A stretch of DNA of 34,995 bases from Octopus sinensis (GCF_006345805.1 NW_021831710.1:1-34995), one strand, 5' to 3'. Counted from the stretch's first letter, positions 13,857-26,063 are shown. Numbers and translations are program-made. Notes: generated by a model from the letters alone, not told the origin.

Positions 13857-14289
13857 ATGCATGTATACAGTAAACACACACAGACACACGCACATAGACA
13901 CGGGTATGCTATGCAATCACATTTATCTCTCTAACCTTTTTCTAACTGTATGCACTTAACGGGGTGCACTTTATGTTCTATGTTGGTTTCTAATTATTTG
14001 TATTAACATACATACTTCCCCATTCCTTTCATAGCCACCACTCAAGAACACTTCGTATGTCCATTCGTTTTGTTATCGACGCACGGTCTCCTAGGCCCTA
14101 CCACCTCACATCACATGATGCGCATGCGTCAACCATTCTTTGCCACCATACTTGATCGGCTTGAACAATAAATGCAACAGCTCCATTTTCTTCTAACAGT
14201 CTCCTTCTAAATTTATTTTTATATCAATTATTCTTCGTCTCGCCCTACTTTTCCCTCTTCCTGCTTTCCTTCCTCGTCCTTCATCTCCT

Positions 14290-14424
14290 TTTTATCCCCC
14301 TCCTCCTCCTCCTCCTCCTCCTCCTCCTTCTTTTTCTAAAGTTAACCATATGCTCCATGTTATCATCATCATCGTCATCATCATCACCATCATCACCATC
14401 AACATCATCGTCATCATCATCAAT

Positions 14425-14468
<44 letters not shown>

Positions 14469-14652
14469 GAACATCATCGTCATCATCATCTTTATCGTGA
14501 GTCATCGTCATTGTCGTCACCGTCATTGTCGTCAGCATCATCATCATAATCGTCGTCGTCCTCATCGTGCTTATCATCATGGTCATCTTCGTCGTCATCA
14601 TCATCTTCATCATCATCATCATCATCATCATCACATCACCATCATCATCACC

Positions 14653-14684
<32 letters not shown>

Positions 14685-14702
14685 CACCAACATCATCATC
14701 AC

Positions 14703-14756
<54 letters not shown>

Positions 14757-15144
14757 AATCGTCGTCGTCGTCGTCGTCGTGATCATCATCATCACCATCA
14801 TCACAGTCGTCAATATCCTCGTCATGATACTGTTTGCGTTTTTTTTTGTTTTGTTTAACATTATCGTTATTATTGTTGTTTCCTTTATCTTTAAATATTG
14901 TTGTTGTTGTTATTGATGCTGTTGTTGCCAGTGCTGTCTGTCATTGATGAATGTATATTGCTGCAGGGTTAAACAGATGTGGTGTGTATATCATTTCTTA
15001 AATACCAGTAGCCGTCTTATAGTGATCATCATCTTGCCCATCATCATCATCACAAACCATTGTCATTATCACCAGGCACATCATCATCTTCACCATCATG
15101 AACATCAACACCATCATCACCGTTGTCGTCGTCGACGTCATCTG

Positions 15145-15181
<37 letters not shown>

Positions 15182-15650
15182 TCATCAAATATATCATCAA
15201 ACAAATCACCGCTACCAACACCACAATCACCCCCAACACCACAACACCACCACCATCATCATCATCATCAAATATATCATCAAACAAATCACCGCTACCA
15301 AACCACAATCACCGCCACCATCATCATCATCATTTAATATATCAAATACATCGTCATCACCACCACCACCACCATCATCATTTTCGTCATCCGCCATCGT
15401 TGTCGTCATCATTATCGTCGTCATCGTCATCATCATCATCATGTACATCATGATCACCAGTATCATTATCACCTTTACGAATATCAAAATCACCACTCTT
15501 TAAATTCATCCTCACAATTGTCTCCACCATTCTCGTCATCAACATTATCATCATCATCATCAACGTCGTCGTTCTCATCGTCGTCTTCATTGTCGTTATC
15601 ATCATCATTACCCCCATCATTATCTTCATCGTCATTATCATCTATATAAA
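14290..15650. repeat. ~1.3-kb degenerate (CAT/CAC/CGT)n low-complexity tract
   Basis: Direct reading; it explains the poly-His/Ile/Ser/Met/Asp ORFs. Confidence 0.95.
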
Positions 15651-16179
15651 CAATACATCTGTCTCGCATCTAAAAATATGCCTTACATCTAAAACATCTC
15701 ACATCTGTACTTATACTGCAGTTATTTATTCGTGTTTCTGAATTTCTTCTATCTGTCTGTCAGGTTCTCTGTCTACCTTTCTATCTATCTGACCAAGGTT
15801 ACCGTGGTCTTTTTCGTAGGCTTTTCTTCCCACGGATAAATCTTACTTGCTTTCCCCTTTACACCATATATCATAATACTGTGATACACGATCCCTATTG
15901 ATCGTTTTTTTTCCTCTTCCCCCTTTTTCCCCTTTTTTCTTTTTTTCATTTCTCTTTCCTTTTGTTCCTTTTCCTTTTCTTTTTTTCTTTTTATTCCTTT
16001 TATTTTATTCAAATTTTTTTTTTTGTTCTTTTCTTCCCTTTTACGATCCCTCTTGATCGAAAATCTACGCCACCCCTTTTTTTTTTCTTTTGTTTTTTGT
16101 TCTCTTCATCCGCCAAAAGAAAAGTTCTACCTTGTAACTTGTCCCATCTGTGTGCAGCCCTGTGTGGCCAATAAAGAAA

Positions 16180-16189
16180 CTTATCTATC

Positions 16190-16220
<31 letters not shown>

Positions 16221-16251
16221 CTATCTGTCTATCTGTCTGTCTGTCCATCTG

Positions 16252-16306
<55 letters not shown>

Positions 16307-16313
16307 CTCTCTC

Positions 16314-16370
<57 letters not shown>
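16180..16370. repeat. (CTAT)n, (CT)n and (TA)n microsatellites
   Basis: Direct reading. Confidence 0.95.
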
Positions 16371-16374
<4 letters not shown>

Positions 16375-17430
16375 TGTCTACCTGTATGTTTGTTTATTCT
16401 CTATGTATCTTCACTTCTCATTACGTCCTCCTCCTCCTCCTCCTACACCTCGACCTCATTTTCCTCTTTGCTACAGCAACTATCTTACCAAACCTTTCTA
16501 TCTTCTTCCCGTATTACATCACATCCATTATGTAGCCATCATCTTCTTGACCAGACAATACCACTTGAGATGCCTTGTACAGCACCTGCGCCTGCTTCTT
16601 TCTTTGCCTTCCTCTCTCTCTCTCTCCTCTCTCTCTCTTTAACTCTCTCTCATCCTCTTGCTTCCGTGTCTCTGTTACATTTCGTTTTGTAGTATATATC
16701 ACAGGAACTATACTTACTACACGTTATATGACCTTACAATGACAGATACGGTCGTGGAATAGATTACAATAATAGCACATAGAACTATAATATGTATTCT
16801 TCAGCCAGATAAATACAGCACCCAAATTTCCTTGAAATTACAAACTATCTTCTTAGAATAAGAAGATGTCAGATTTTTAATTATAGATGTTTTTGAAATA
16901 AGACGATCTGTAATTATACAACAAGAACAACAGCTATAAAATAACAATAACAACAACAAAAGCAATAATAGAAAGATAAACCATGGCAGTAGCAACAAAG
17001 TGATAACAGAATATTCTGAAGGCTGTAAGTCGGTGGATAGATCTGTTAAAACCACATGACATAACTCTCTGAAATCAATTGCGAACGTTCTAAAAGAAGA
17101 AGAATGGACAAATTGATTTCGTAAACTTTAACAAGACAACTCCTTTAACAAGACAAGATGGCAACACTTGAAATGATTTAACCATAGGTCGGCTCGACCA
17201 TGGATCGATAAGGATAAAACAACAGCAATTTGTTAAATTCTAGATGCCATTTCTATATCTTTCACAAAAAACAAGAACAACAGCAATGATGCCGGCAACA
17301 ATTCTATACATATGCAGGTACACTGATGAACCGAGCGATGACAGTTTCACTTCGTCAACAGTCCTAGCAGAAATAGCAGCCACATTTCCCTCTAAGAAGA
17401 TTGTTCTTTGCTTAAAAATAATAATAGTAG

Positions 17431-17650
17431 TCGTTTCTACTTTCGGTACTGGGTTAGTAATTCTGAGGGGGTGGTCAGCCCATTACGTTGACCCAGGATT
17501 TGACTTGTACTTTATTTTATAGTTCTACGATAGTATGAAAGTCAAACTGACCTGACCTCGACTGGATTTGAATTCTACTTGTTAATGAACCAGAAGTAAT
17601 GCCGCAAGGTATTTATTCTTCCAGCCTTTTACATTCTGAGCTCAAATTCG
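17431..17650 (-). mobile_element. Degenerate family A SINE (minus, ~17431-17575), followed by a short plus-strand head fragment (~17600-17650)
   Basis: Minus strand gives GAATTCAAATCCAGTCGAGGTC...TTGACTTTCATAC...AGTACAAGTCAAATCCTGGGTCAACGTAATGGG. The plus fragment contains TTCTGAGCTCAAATTC. Confidence 0.6.
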
Positions 17651-18415
17651 TTTAAACTCGCCACGATGCTTACTGTGATCCGACATACTTTAAACTTTAA
17701 AAAATAAGGCGTGATGGTTATGAAAAGAGTCTCTGATCCCAGGTCTATTGTATCATACCTATCATTTACAAAACGATATCGTCACTATAGAGGACCTAAA
17801 TAAACTGAAATTTGGAGAGAAAAGTTACCTGGAAGTGGATATGCTAGTGACTTTGGTATAATTCACGGTTCTTAAAATCATAAACTGGTTCTATACCTTA
17901 CACAATAAATAACAGTAAAAATCAGATATCAGCAACCTTTATCGAGAAATGGGCCACAACATACATAATTCAACGTTAATCGAGCTGTGCGACCAAGGAA
18001 CTTCAACGTAATCTTTCATTAGGCGTGCCGTAGTTTGCCTACAACTTTATACTACAAATGTTTCACAATGCTTATTTCTTCTTCGCCTCTAAAGTAATAT
18101 TTTCCTCTTGCTTTCATCTCTCGAGCGACGAAAGAAATAAATATCAATTGTAGTGCTCCTGTGTAACCCCATATTCGATCAGACTCATCGACTCATATTT
18201 ACAAGGTTATAATCGATAGCGTTCGAGTCACGTCATCACATTTTTCAAAAATGCATCTATGAGCACTTACAGTATGTGTCCTAAATTAAAGTGCCGAGGG
18301 TTTTACATGTGGGTTATCTATATCCCATTTTTAAAAGGCTAAGCAACCATCTTAAAGTATATATACATATACACATATAACTATATACGTCTGCGTGTTT
18401 GTGTTTGTGAGTATA

Positions 18416-18637
18416 CTCTTTCTCTTTTACTTGTTTCAGTCATTTGACTGCGGTCATGCTGGAGCAGCGCTTTTAATCGAGCAACTCGACCCTGGGACTT
18501 ATTCTTTTGTAAGCCCAGTACTTATTTTATCGGTCCCTTTTGCCGAACCGCTAAGTAACGGGGATATAACACAAACCAGCATCGGTTGTCAAGCGTTATT
18601 AGGGGGAGAAACACACACACACCATACACACATACAC

Positions 18638-18685
<48 letters not shown>

Positions 18686-18876
18686 TATAATAACATATAC
18701 ATAATATATACAACACGGGCTTCTTTTAGTTTCCGTCTACCAAATCCAAAACTCAACAAGGTTTTGGTCGGCCCGAAGCTATAGTAGAAGACACTTGCCC
18801 AAGGTGCCACGCAGTGGGACTGAACCCGGAACCATGTGGCTGGTAAACAAGCTACTTACCACACAGCCACTCCTGT
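18416..18876 (-). mobile_element. Near full-length tRNA-derived SINE, family C
   Basis: Minus-strand head ACAGGAGTGGCTGTGTGGTAAGTAGC...CCGGGTTCAGTCCCACTGCGTGGCACCTTGGGCAAGTGTCTTCTACTATAG (A box TGGCTGTGTGG, B box GGTTCAGTCCC). Internal TA/CA tract; tail ...CAGTCAAATGACTGAAACAAGTAAAAGAG. Confidence 0.9.
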
Positions 18877-18976
18877 ATTATATAATTTATATATTATACA
18901 TATTAAATTATTTTCTATCATATATGCTGCATATGTGTGTGTGTAAACATGTATATGAAAGCTTTACATACATTAT

Positions 18977-19313
18977 GTAAATAATAAGTATAAAACTAAA
19001 AATGTAATATATAGATATAAAGTTACATCCAAGGATATTGAGTACTTTTATATAGGTGCGACTGCACTAAAAAATCTAAACAAGTCTAAGTAGGTGAACC
19101 TCGTCCATTAAAAACAGACATAAATACTATACTATCAACTGGGAATTAATTAGTACTGCAAAACCTTACAGACCAGGAAATAATAAATGTGACTTAACTA
19201 TTGAGGAATTTTACGAAATTTTTACATCTCTGGGTAATATAATAAATTCTAGACAAGAAGAAGTTTTAAGATGCTTGCATATGAGAAAATTTACTGTTGC
19301 TCAATATAACTGA
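18977..19313 (+). pseudogene. Penelope-like element GIY-YIG endonuclease domain, decayed (frameshift and internal deletion)
   Basis: Manual translation: VNNKYKTKNVIYRYKVTSKDIEYFYIGAT (VIY...YIG, with YIG at 19049-19057). A second frame from 19110 reads KNRHKYYTINWELISTAKPYRPGNNKCDLTIEEFYEIFTSLGNIINSRQEEVLRCLHMRKFTVAQYN*, matching the PLE endonuclease C-terminal pattern Y.I.W.I...A.PY......C.L...E......N.R.E....C.H..KF. Confidence 0.8.
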
Positions 19314-19502
19314 ATTAAAAACATTTAAACGACGTAATGATTTTGAATAACTGACTATAATGAATAAACTGATTGATTATCCAATCAATACTTGAATGAA
19401 GATAGTTCGTGTCTAAATTAACATGCAACTCCACATCATAAAACGAAAAAAAAAAATTCAGCATAAAACTTTAAAGAGTTAAATCAAAAGATACTAAAGT
19501 GA

Positions 19503-19588
19503 AGACTCTGAAGAAACCGCATCGGTATTATAGTATGGTTACAATTGCAACTGTTACTAATCGATGCAGTACAAACCTGTGTAGGTCT
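19503..19588 (+). ncRNA. Degenerate type I hammerhead ribozyme downstream of the Penelope-like ORF
   Basis: AGACT-CTGAAGA-aaccGCATCG...CGATGCagta-CAAA(G12 to C)-C-ctgt-G-TA|GGTCT. Helix I AGACT/GGTCT; long helix II including GCATCG/CGATGC and TAGTA/TACTA. Confidence 0.55.
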
Positions 19589-19649
19589 ATTTGAGGTTGT
19601 ATTGAAATATGAAAAGGAATAAAAGGTAATGCTAATGCTATTTCGTAAT

Positions 19650-19683
<34 letters not shown>

Positions 19684-19898
19684 GTCATCATCATCATCAT
19701 CATCATCATTATTATTATTATTATTATTATTAATATTATTATTATTATTGATATATATGTAAATATTCATGCACACAGAAATGCACACACAAACTGTCTT
19801 TCTTATACACACCACAAAGCACTCACACGTTCACACACATGTATATAGTAATATGATAATAGTAGTAATAATAATAATAATAATAAAATATTAATAAT

Positions 19899-19929
<31 letters not shown>

Positions 19930-19933
19930 TAAA

Positions 19934-19984
<51 letters not shown>

Positions 19985-19995
19985 AAAAATAATAA

Positions 19996-20038
<43 letters not shown>

Positions 20039-20112
20039 TAATAATAAAAAATAATTATATAAATAATAATAATAATAATAATAAAATAATAATATAATAA
20101 TAATAATAATAA

Positions 20113-20143
<31 letters not shown>

Positions 20144-20190
20144 AACGAAGAAGGAAGAAAGAAGAAGAAGAAGAAGAAGAAGAAGAAGAA
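19650..20190. repeat. Compound (CAT)/(TTA), then (TAA)n/(GAA)n microsatellites
   Basis: Direct reading. Confidence 0.95.
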
Positions 20191-20197
20191 AAAGGAT

Positions 20198-20870
20198 CTG
20201 GATTTTCCCAGCAAAAACTTGGATTTGCCCCAGCAAAAAACCTGAATTTGCCCCATGAATAAAACTGGTGGGAACACAAACCACCTCCAGTGCTTGAAAA
20301 TGACCACATCTCACTCCTCTGGAACTTCACCATTCAAACTGACAGAAAGATTGATGCAAATAGGCCAGACATCATATTGAAAGACTTCAGACAAAGAACA
20401 TGCCTCCTCATTGATATGACTGTCCCAATCGATATAAAAGTATCTGTCAAGACCTACCAAAAACTGATCAAATATAAAGATCTTGAAATAGAAATCAGCA
20501 AAATGTGGAACCTGAAAACTAAAAAATACCTGTTGTCATAGGTGCCCTGGGAATGATAGCGAAAGGGGCTGGTTGCTACCTAACTCAGATACCAGGAAAC
20601 CACAAAATGGCAGAAATGCAAAAGATAGTGCTCATGGGAACTGCTCATATCCTACGCAAAATACTTTCTATGTAATCTCAGAGTTTAAAACAAACATAAT
20701 TTTCGTTTTTTTTTTTAATTTTGGACATTCACTAGTACAACACCAAAAAAAAACCAAATATATGGCACTCTAGGCATAACAACAGCATGAACTTCCAACC
20801 TGTTGTCTCTTGAAGTTCCTGGGTGAGACTTGGAACCACTTGTACAAATATAAAGCAAAAGTCAAACATA
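20198..20870 (+). mobile_element. 5'-truncated R4/Dong-type non-LTR retrotransposon: restriction-like endonuclease C-terminus (20256-20675, one frameshift near 20525) plus 3' UTR
   Basis: WWEHKPPPVLENDHISLLWNFTIQTDRKIDANRPDIILKDFRQRTCLLIDMTVP...KYKDLEIEISKMWNLKTK/IPVVIGALGMI...QKIVLMGTAHILRKILSM* carries the PD-(D/E)xK RLE motif (RPD...IDMTVP...KY.DL). It lies between (TAA)n/(GAA)n and (TAA)n. Confidence 0.88.
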
Positions 20871-20952
20871 TATAATAATAAAAATAATAATAATAATAAT
20901 AAAATAATAATAATAATGATGTTAATAATAATAATATAATAATAATATAATA

Positions 20953-20987
<35 letters not shown>

Positions 20988-21002
20988 GTAATAATAATAA
21001 TG

Positions 21003-21090
<88 letters not shown>

Positions 21091-21110
21091 TAATAACAAT
21101 AATAATAGAT
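20871..21110. repeat. (TAA)n microsatellite (tail or target of the R4/Dong element)
   Basis: Direct reading. Confidence 0.95.
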
Positions 21111-22088
21111 ATCTATAATATGAGTTGGACCTCTACTACGCTCTCAGGAAACTTAAAATCGCATGGAGCGCTCTGAAGCTGTTATGAAATGCGCATATAT
21201 GCGTTTGTATATTGTGTGTGTGTACGTGCGCTGTGTTTACGTATGTATGTTTGTGTGTATGTATGTTTGCGTGTGTATGTTTATGTGCGTGTGCGTGTAT
21301 ATGTGTCTGTGTTTGCTTGCGTGTGCGTATGTGTATGTGTGGGTCAGTGTAAAATCCCCTCGCGGCTCCTTACCCGTTAAGGTCAACACAATGACACAGG
21401 TGTTCTTTTGCATTATCTTTTTGTCTAGTAATGTTTTTAATTTTCAACACTTTTCTCCTTTTCCTATATTTTATGTTGTAATCAATCAAATTTCAGATGA
21501 AAGCTAATATTTTGTACATTGTCCAAATATATGATTCCGACGTAAACATTAAAGGCCAAAGGTGACTAGACTAATACAAAACATACACAAGTTCCCCTGG
21601 CAATTTTCCCCTACTCAAAATTACCCAACATAATTAAGAAAGTGAAGACAACTGTCTATTTAGTTTGAAAGATTGTTCAGCAAAAACTTTTTTATCACAC
21701 ATCTTTTCCTTAACTAACACTGTATTGCTTAATTACAAGAGCAACAAAGAATAAAATATAATAGTTAATATCATCGAGGCTACTTAGGGCACCAGATTTG
21801 CAGAATCCGTAAAAATGTGTGGGTCGAAATCGAAATGTTTTATGGTAAAAGAAATGGTGATATATAATCTTTAGAACTCTTTCATGTCTTTATTTACAAA
21901 GTCAGCTTTTAATTAATCAGTGGGAGATTGATAAAATAAATACCGTTTAAGGCCTTTTTCTGTGTCTTATCTTTAGCCGTAAATATCATAAGACCGCTTA
22001 ACTGGTTTCTATGACGTTTAAGTGACGGGGAAAATAACCTTCTCCGTGAACGGGACGTCGATCCGATGCAGCGTTCAAGTTATGTAAT

Positions 22089-22220
22089 TTTGTGGGAAGG
22101 GAGCAGATCGCCTGCATTGCCCCCAATACTTGATTCATTCTTTATGTCAGCGACCCCAAAGACATGAAAGGCAAATGTGGTCTCGGCAGGAATAAAACCC
22201 AGCATGTAAAGAATCGAAAG
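22089..22220 (-). mobile_element. Degenerate family A SINE fragment
   Basis: Minus strand reads CCGAGACCACATTTGCCTTTCATGTCTTTGGGGTCGCTGACATAAAG...AAGTATTGGGGGCAATGCAGGCGATC. Confidence 0.65.
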
Positions 22221-22409
22221 AAATTCTGCAAAGCATTTTGTTCGACTTTTTAACCATTCTGCTAGGTAGCCACCACCTTATATTTTGTTTACAGCCACCT
22301 ACTGAATTTCCTAATTTCGAAGGTAAAACATTTATTAATCTGTTGTTGATTAGCGAAATAAACACCGTTAATTCTTCAATCATATATAATCAACTGTAGA
22401 TCTTCTGAA

Positions 22410-22980
22410 CTCCGCAAACTTAGTAGTAGATATAGAGAATAGGAAGTGCTAGATAATTGACTTAACAGTTCTAAATGATGAAAAAATTCAATACGAGAGA
22501 TGTATATGAACGTAGCAAAGTACCAGAACCTAGAATTTGAATTACAGAGACTATGGAAAGTGTGGAGAAAATTTATCCCAGTAGTTATAGGTGTACTGTG
22601 AACTCTCCCTAAAGATCTGAAAAGATGGATAGAGGAAATAGGTATAAAACCTAGTTTAGTACAGCTCCAGAACATAGTGTTATTTAGGACAGCTAAATTT
22701 ACCTGAGATAAAAGCACAGCTAAAGCAAGATATCCTTGTCAAAGCACAAGATGTCCACGCCAAAGCATAAAGTATTCGCTGGTATAAGAAATGATAACGT
22801 TTCTTTGAACAAAGCAAACAGTTCAAATCCCAGCCCGTTATTTGGCAATGCCCCTGCCACTTCACCTTCCCAAAGTTTCAGTCATTTCTTTTCCTTCACT
22901 CGCTCTAGGACGCTGAGTGTGCCTCAACAAGTGATTGTAACAAGCATGCAGATTAAAATTAAATAAATAAATAAATACCA
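22410..22980 (+). mobile_element. Second, divergent R4/Dong-type RLE C-terminal relic (22410-22706) with probable 3' UTR ending in (TAA)n
   Basis: Manual translation across stops and a frameshift: NLVVDIENRKC*IIDLTVLNDEKIQ / VAKYQNLEFELQRLWKVWRKFIPVVIGVL*TLPKDLKRWIEEIGIKPSLVQLQNIVLFRTAKFT*. The motif order is the same as in the 20256-20675 copy. Confidence 0.8.
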
Positions 22981-22992
22981 ATAATAATAATG

Positions 22993-23049
<57 letters not shown>

Positions 23050-23077
23050 TAATGAGAATAATAATAATAATGATGAT

Positions 23078-23122
<45 letters not shown>

Positions 23123-23308
23123 TAGAAGAAGAAGAAGAAGAAGAAGAATGATGATGATGATGATGATGATGATAAAAATAATAATGATAATAATAATAAT
23201 AATAATAATATAATAATAATAATATAATATAATAATAATAATAATAATTAGAAGAAGAAGAAGAGAAGAATGATGATGATGATGATGATGATGATAAAAA
23301 TAATAATG

Positions 23309-23382
<74 letters not shown>

Positions 23383-23485
23383 TAGAAGGGAAGAAGAAGA
23401 AGAAGAATGATGATGATGATGATGATGATGATAAAAATAATAATGATAATAATAAAATATAATAATAATAATAATAATAATAATA
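22980..23485. repeat. (TAA)n containing three copies of a compound (TAA)-(GAA)-(TGA)-AAAA-(TAA) module
   Basis: ATTAGAAG...GAAGAATGATGATGAT...GATAAAAATAATAATGATAAT recurs at ~23120, ~23247 and ~23382. Confidence 0.9.
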
Positions 23486-24037
23486 AATGCCCTGATGCAG
23501 TACCAGGCAGTGGCTCTCATGGCTTCTGATCTTAACTGATTGGAAGTGTTATCATGTACATTGTTTTGTCTTGGTATAAAAGATGGGCTACACAAATAAT
23601 ATTCTGCAATACCACAGATTTGCTTGTCAGTTGTTTGACCTTAACCAGTTGAGCATGTCCCTTAGTGGCTGACAATACGTGCATCTCTGATCACGAGCAG
23701 AAGTAGTGGGGGAGCATCATGGCCATGTTTGAGAGGGATTCTTTGGAGTTTATGGGTTCACCTCTGGAAACATAGGTGTTTCGTTCAACATCCTAAAGCA
23801 ACCCTTATTCAAGGACCTTTTGAGCAGGATGGGCTACTCAACTGAAGAAAATTCTAACTGGGCCCCACCTGCAAGGTCATGTGCTGTTATCTTGATATGA
23901 GATCACCATGTCGCGCACATATGGTTGTGATGCATGTGCCTGGTGTACCTTATCAGACGGGTAGTCATGATGGGTATATTGGGTTTCGTATATTTTAACC
24001 CCGTGTCACTTTGATGGCATGAACTGCTCTCTCACTC
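23486..24037 (+). mobile_element. Full-length copy (~550 bp) of the non-coding microsatellite-associated repeat
   Basis: Begins AATGCCCTGATGCAGTACCAGGC right after (TAA)n and ends GCTCTCTCACTC followed by (AAT)n. Homologous to 1-322 and 7908-8322. No ORF and no tRNA-like head seen. Confidence 0.85.
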
Positions 24038-24127
24038 AATAATAATAAATAATAATAATAAAGAAGAGAAGAAGAAGAAGAAGAGAAGAAGAAGAAAAGA
24101 AGAATAAGAAGAAGAAGGAGAAGAAGA

Positions 24128-24174
<47 letters not shown>

Positions 24175-24187
24175 AAAAATAATAATG

Positions 24188-24228
<41 letters not shown>

Positions 24229-24508
24229 AATAATAATAATATCACACATATTGAGAAGAGCATTGTCGATGTGAGAACTGTTGCTGCTCATGTATTTTAA
24301 TTTGACTTTAAAAAAAAAAAAAAATGAACGAACTACTGAGTTTGGTTTAATGGACTACCCATGTATACTATGAGTTTCTTTGCCCTAGGAGTCGGGAAGA
24401 CACTCGGCAAGAAATGGAAGCAAATTTGAAAGAAGAAGAAAAAAAAAAAAAATAATAATAATAATAATAATAATGATGATGATGATGATAATAATGATAA
24501 TAATAATG

Positions 24509-24540
<32 letters not shown>

Positions 24541-24541
24541 T
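24038..24541. repeat. (TAA)/(GAA)/(TGA) microsatellite blocks, with a short possible LINE 3'-end relic at ~24340-24430
   Basis: Direct reading. CCCTAGGAGTCGGGAAGACACTCGGCAAGAAATGGAAGCAAATTTG precedes a (GAA)/A/(TAA) tail; the LINE assignment is weak. Confidence 0.7.
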
Positions 24542-25940
24542 ACATGTCTTATTGTTGCTGAGTGGATGATAAACAAAATATATATCTGATGGAACCTAAA
24601 CTAAGTTAGAAAGTCGTGGCGGATTCAAGGGAGTTACGTTGAGCTTTCAAAGTGGAAGGATGAGGAGCAAGGGTAAAAGGAGGCGGAGGAAAGCCGCAAC
24701 TGATAATGATCACCACCAGTCATCTGTTTGTACAATAAAACTCTCTTCAGTGTTTTGTACACGCTATTGGCGCATCGCAATAATTAGAGCTGAGGGCAAG
24801 TAGGGGATTGTTGATAACGATAGAAAAGCTCCTGTTTAAAATATCTTAATCATTGGAAAGCTGTTAGCTTAATGAAGGTGAAGATGGAGGAAATAGAATC
24901 CAATATTTATTTATGAAGAGAGTTTCAGTAATTTAAAGTAATTTACTGTTAATTACGGTAAATAACATGTCAATGCGAGAAGATAAATGTATCTGTTGGG
25001 AGAGAAGTACGTGTACGTGTGTATGTGTGTGTGTGTGTGAGTATGTTTGTGTACGTGTGCGTATGTGTGTATGCGTATGTAGGTGTGTGCATAGGTGTGT
25101 GTGTGTGTGTGTGCTACATATATCTGAGGAGCCGTTGATGTGTGAATATGTGTGTGTGAGTGTTTGTATGTGAAGATGAATGAGAGATGTTTATGTATGA
25201 GAGATACGCAGAAGCTCAGATACCTTTGTGTGTGTGTGTGTTTCTGTATGAGTGTGTGTACCTATATCGGGGGAATCTTAGATGCCTCAATTTGTTGTGT
25301 GTGTGTGGTGTGTCTGCGTGTGTTCTTCTGCGAACGTGTAGGTATGAGTATGCATATGTAAGGATGTATGGGAGAGGAAAATGAAAAATAAATAACGGCG
25401 ATCTATATAATCCTGCACGTGCAATGTAGGCAAAGCTAACAGTATATATGTATGCGCGTATCCGTGTGTATATGTGCCTGTGTTTGCGCGTGTGCGCGAG
25501 AGTGGAATACGATGGAAATGGAATGTGCGACTAATAAAACAGGAAACTTAATAAACAACTAAAATCTCTGGATCTATTCCTCAGTACATATGATTTTATA
25601 TTTGCAATTATATGAATGTTATACACACACACGCGCGCCCACACACATGTATATGTAATATATATATATATATATGTGTGTGTGTGTTTATATATATATG
25701 CATATACACACACATAAATATATATATACACATACATGCATATATATATATATATATAATATATATATATATATGCTTGGCTTAAATTTTCCTTTCGGGC
25801 TGGCCAGATCGGAGCAATCTCAAGATTAATCAGCCGAAATCGCGAGGATGATCCGGATCTTGACTGAAGACTGAATGCTTCGAATTCCGTATTTTTTGTA
25901 TCGTCTTCTAAATGTTTTGCGTTCTTGTCCCAGTTGGTAT

Positions 25941-25973
<33 letters not shown>

Positions 25974-26012
25974 ACACACACACACACACCAACACACACA
26001 TATATAATATAT

Positions 26013-26063
<51 letters not shown>

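Noticed and set aside
14107-14132. GCGCATGCGT NRF1-like motif
   Set aside because: A single short motif with no CpG-rich promoter context or transcript evidence.
25776-25935. Structured repeat containing GAAA and CTGAAGA in a type II hammerhead-like order
   Set aside because: Extra nucleotides sit between helix II and GAAA, there is no valid UH triplet, and helix I does not pair. It is likely an interspersed repeat of unknown family.
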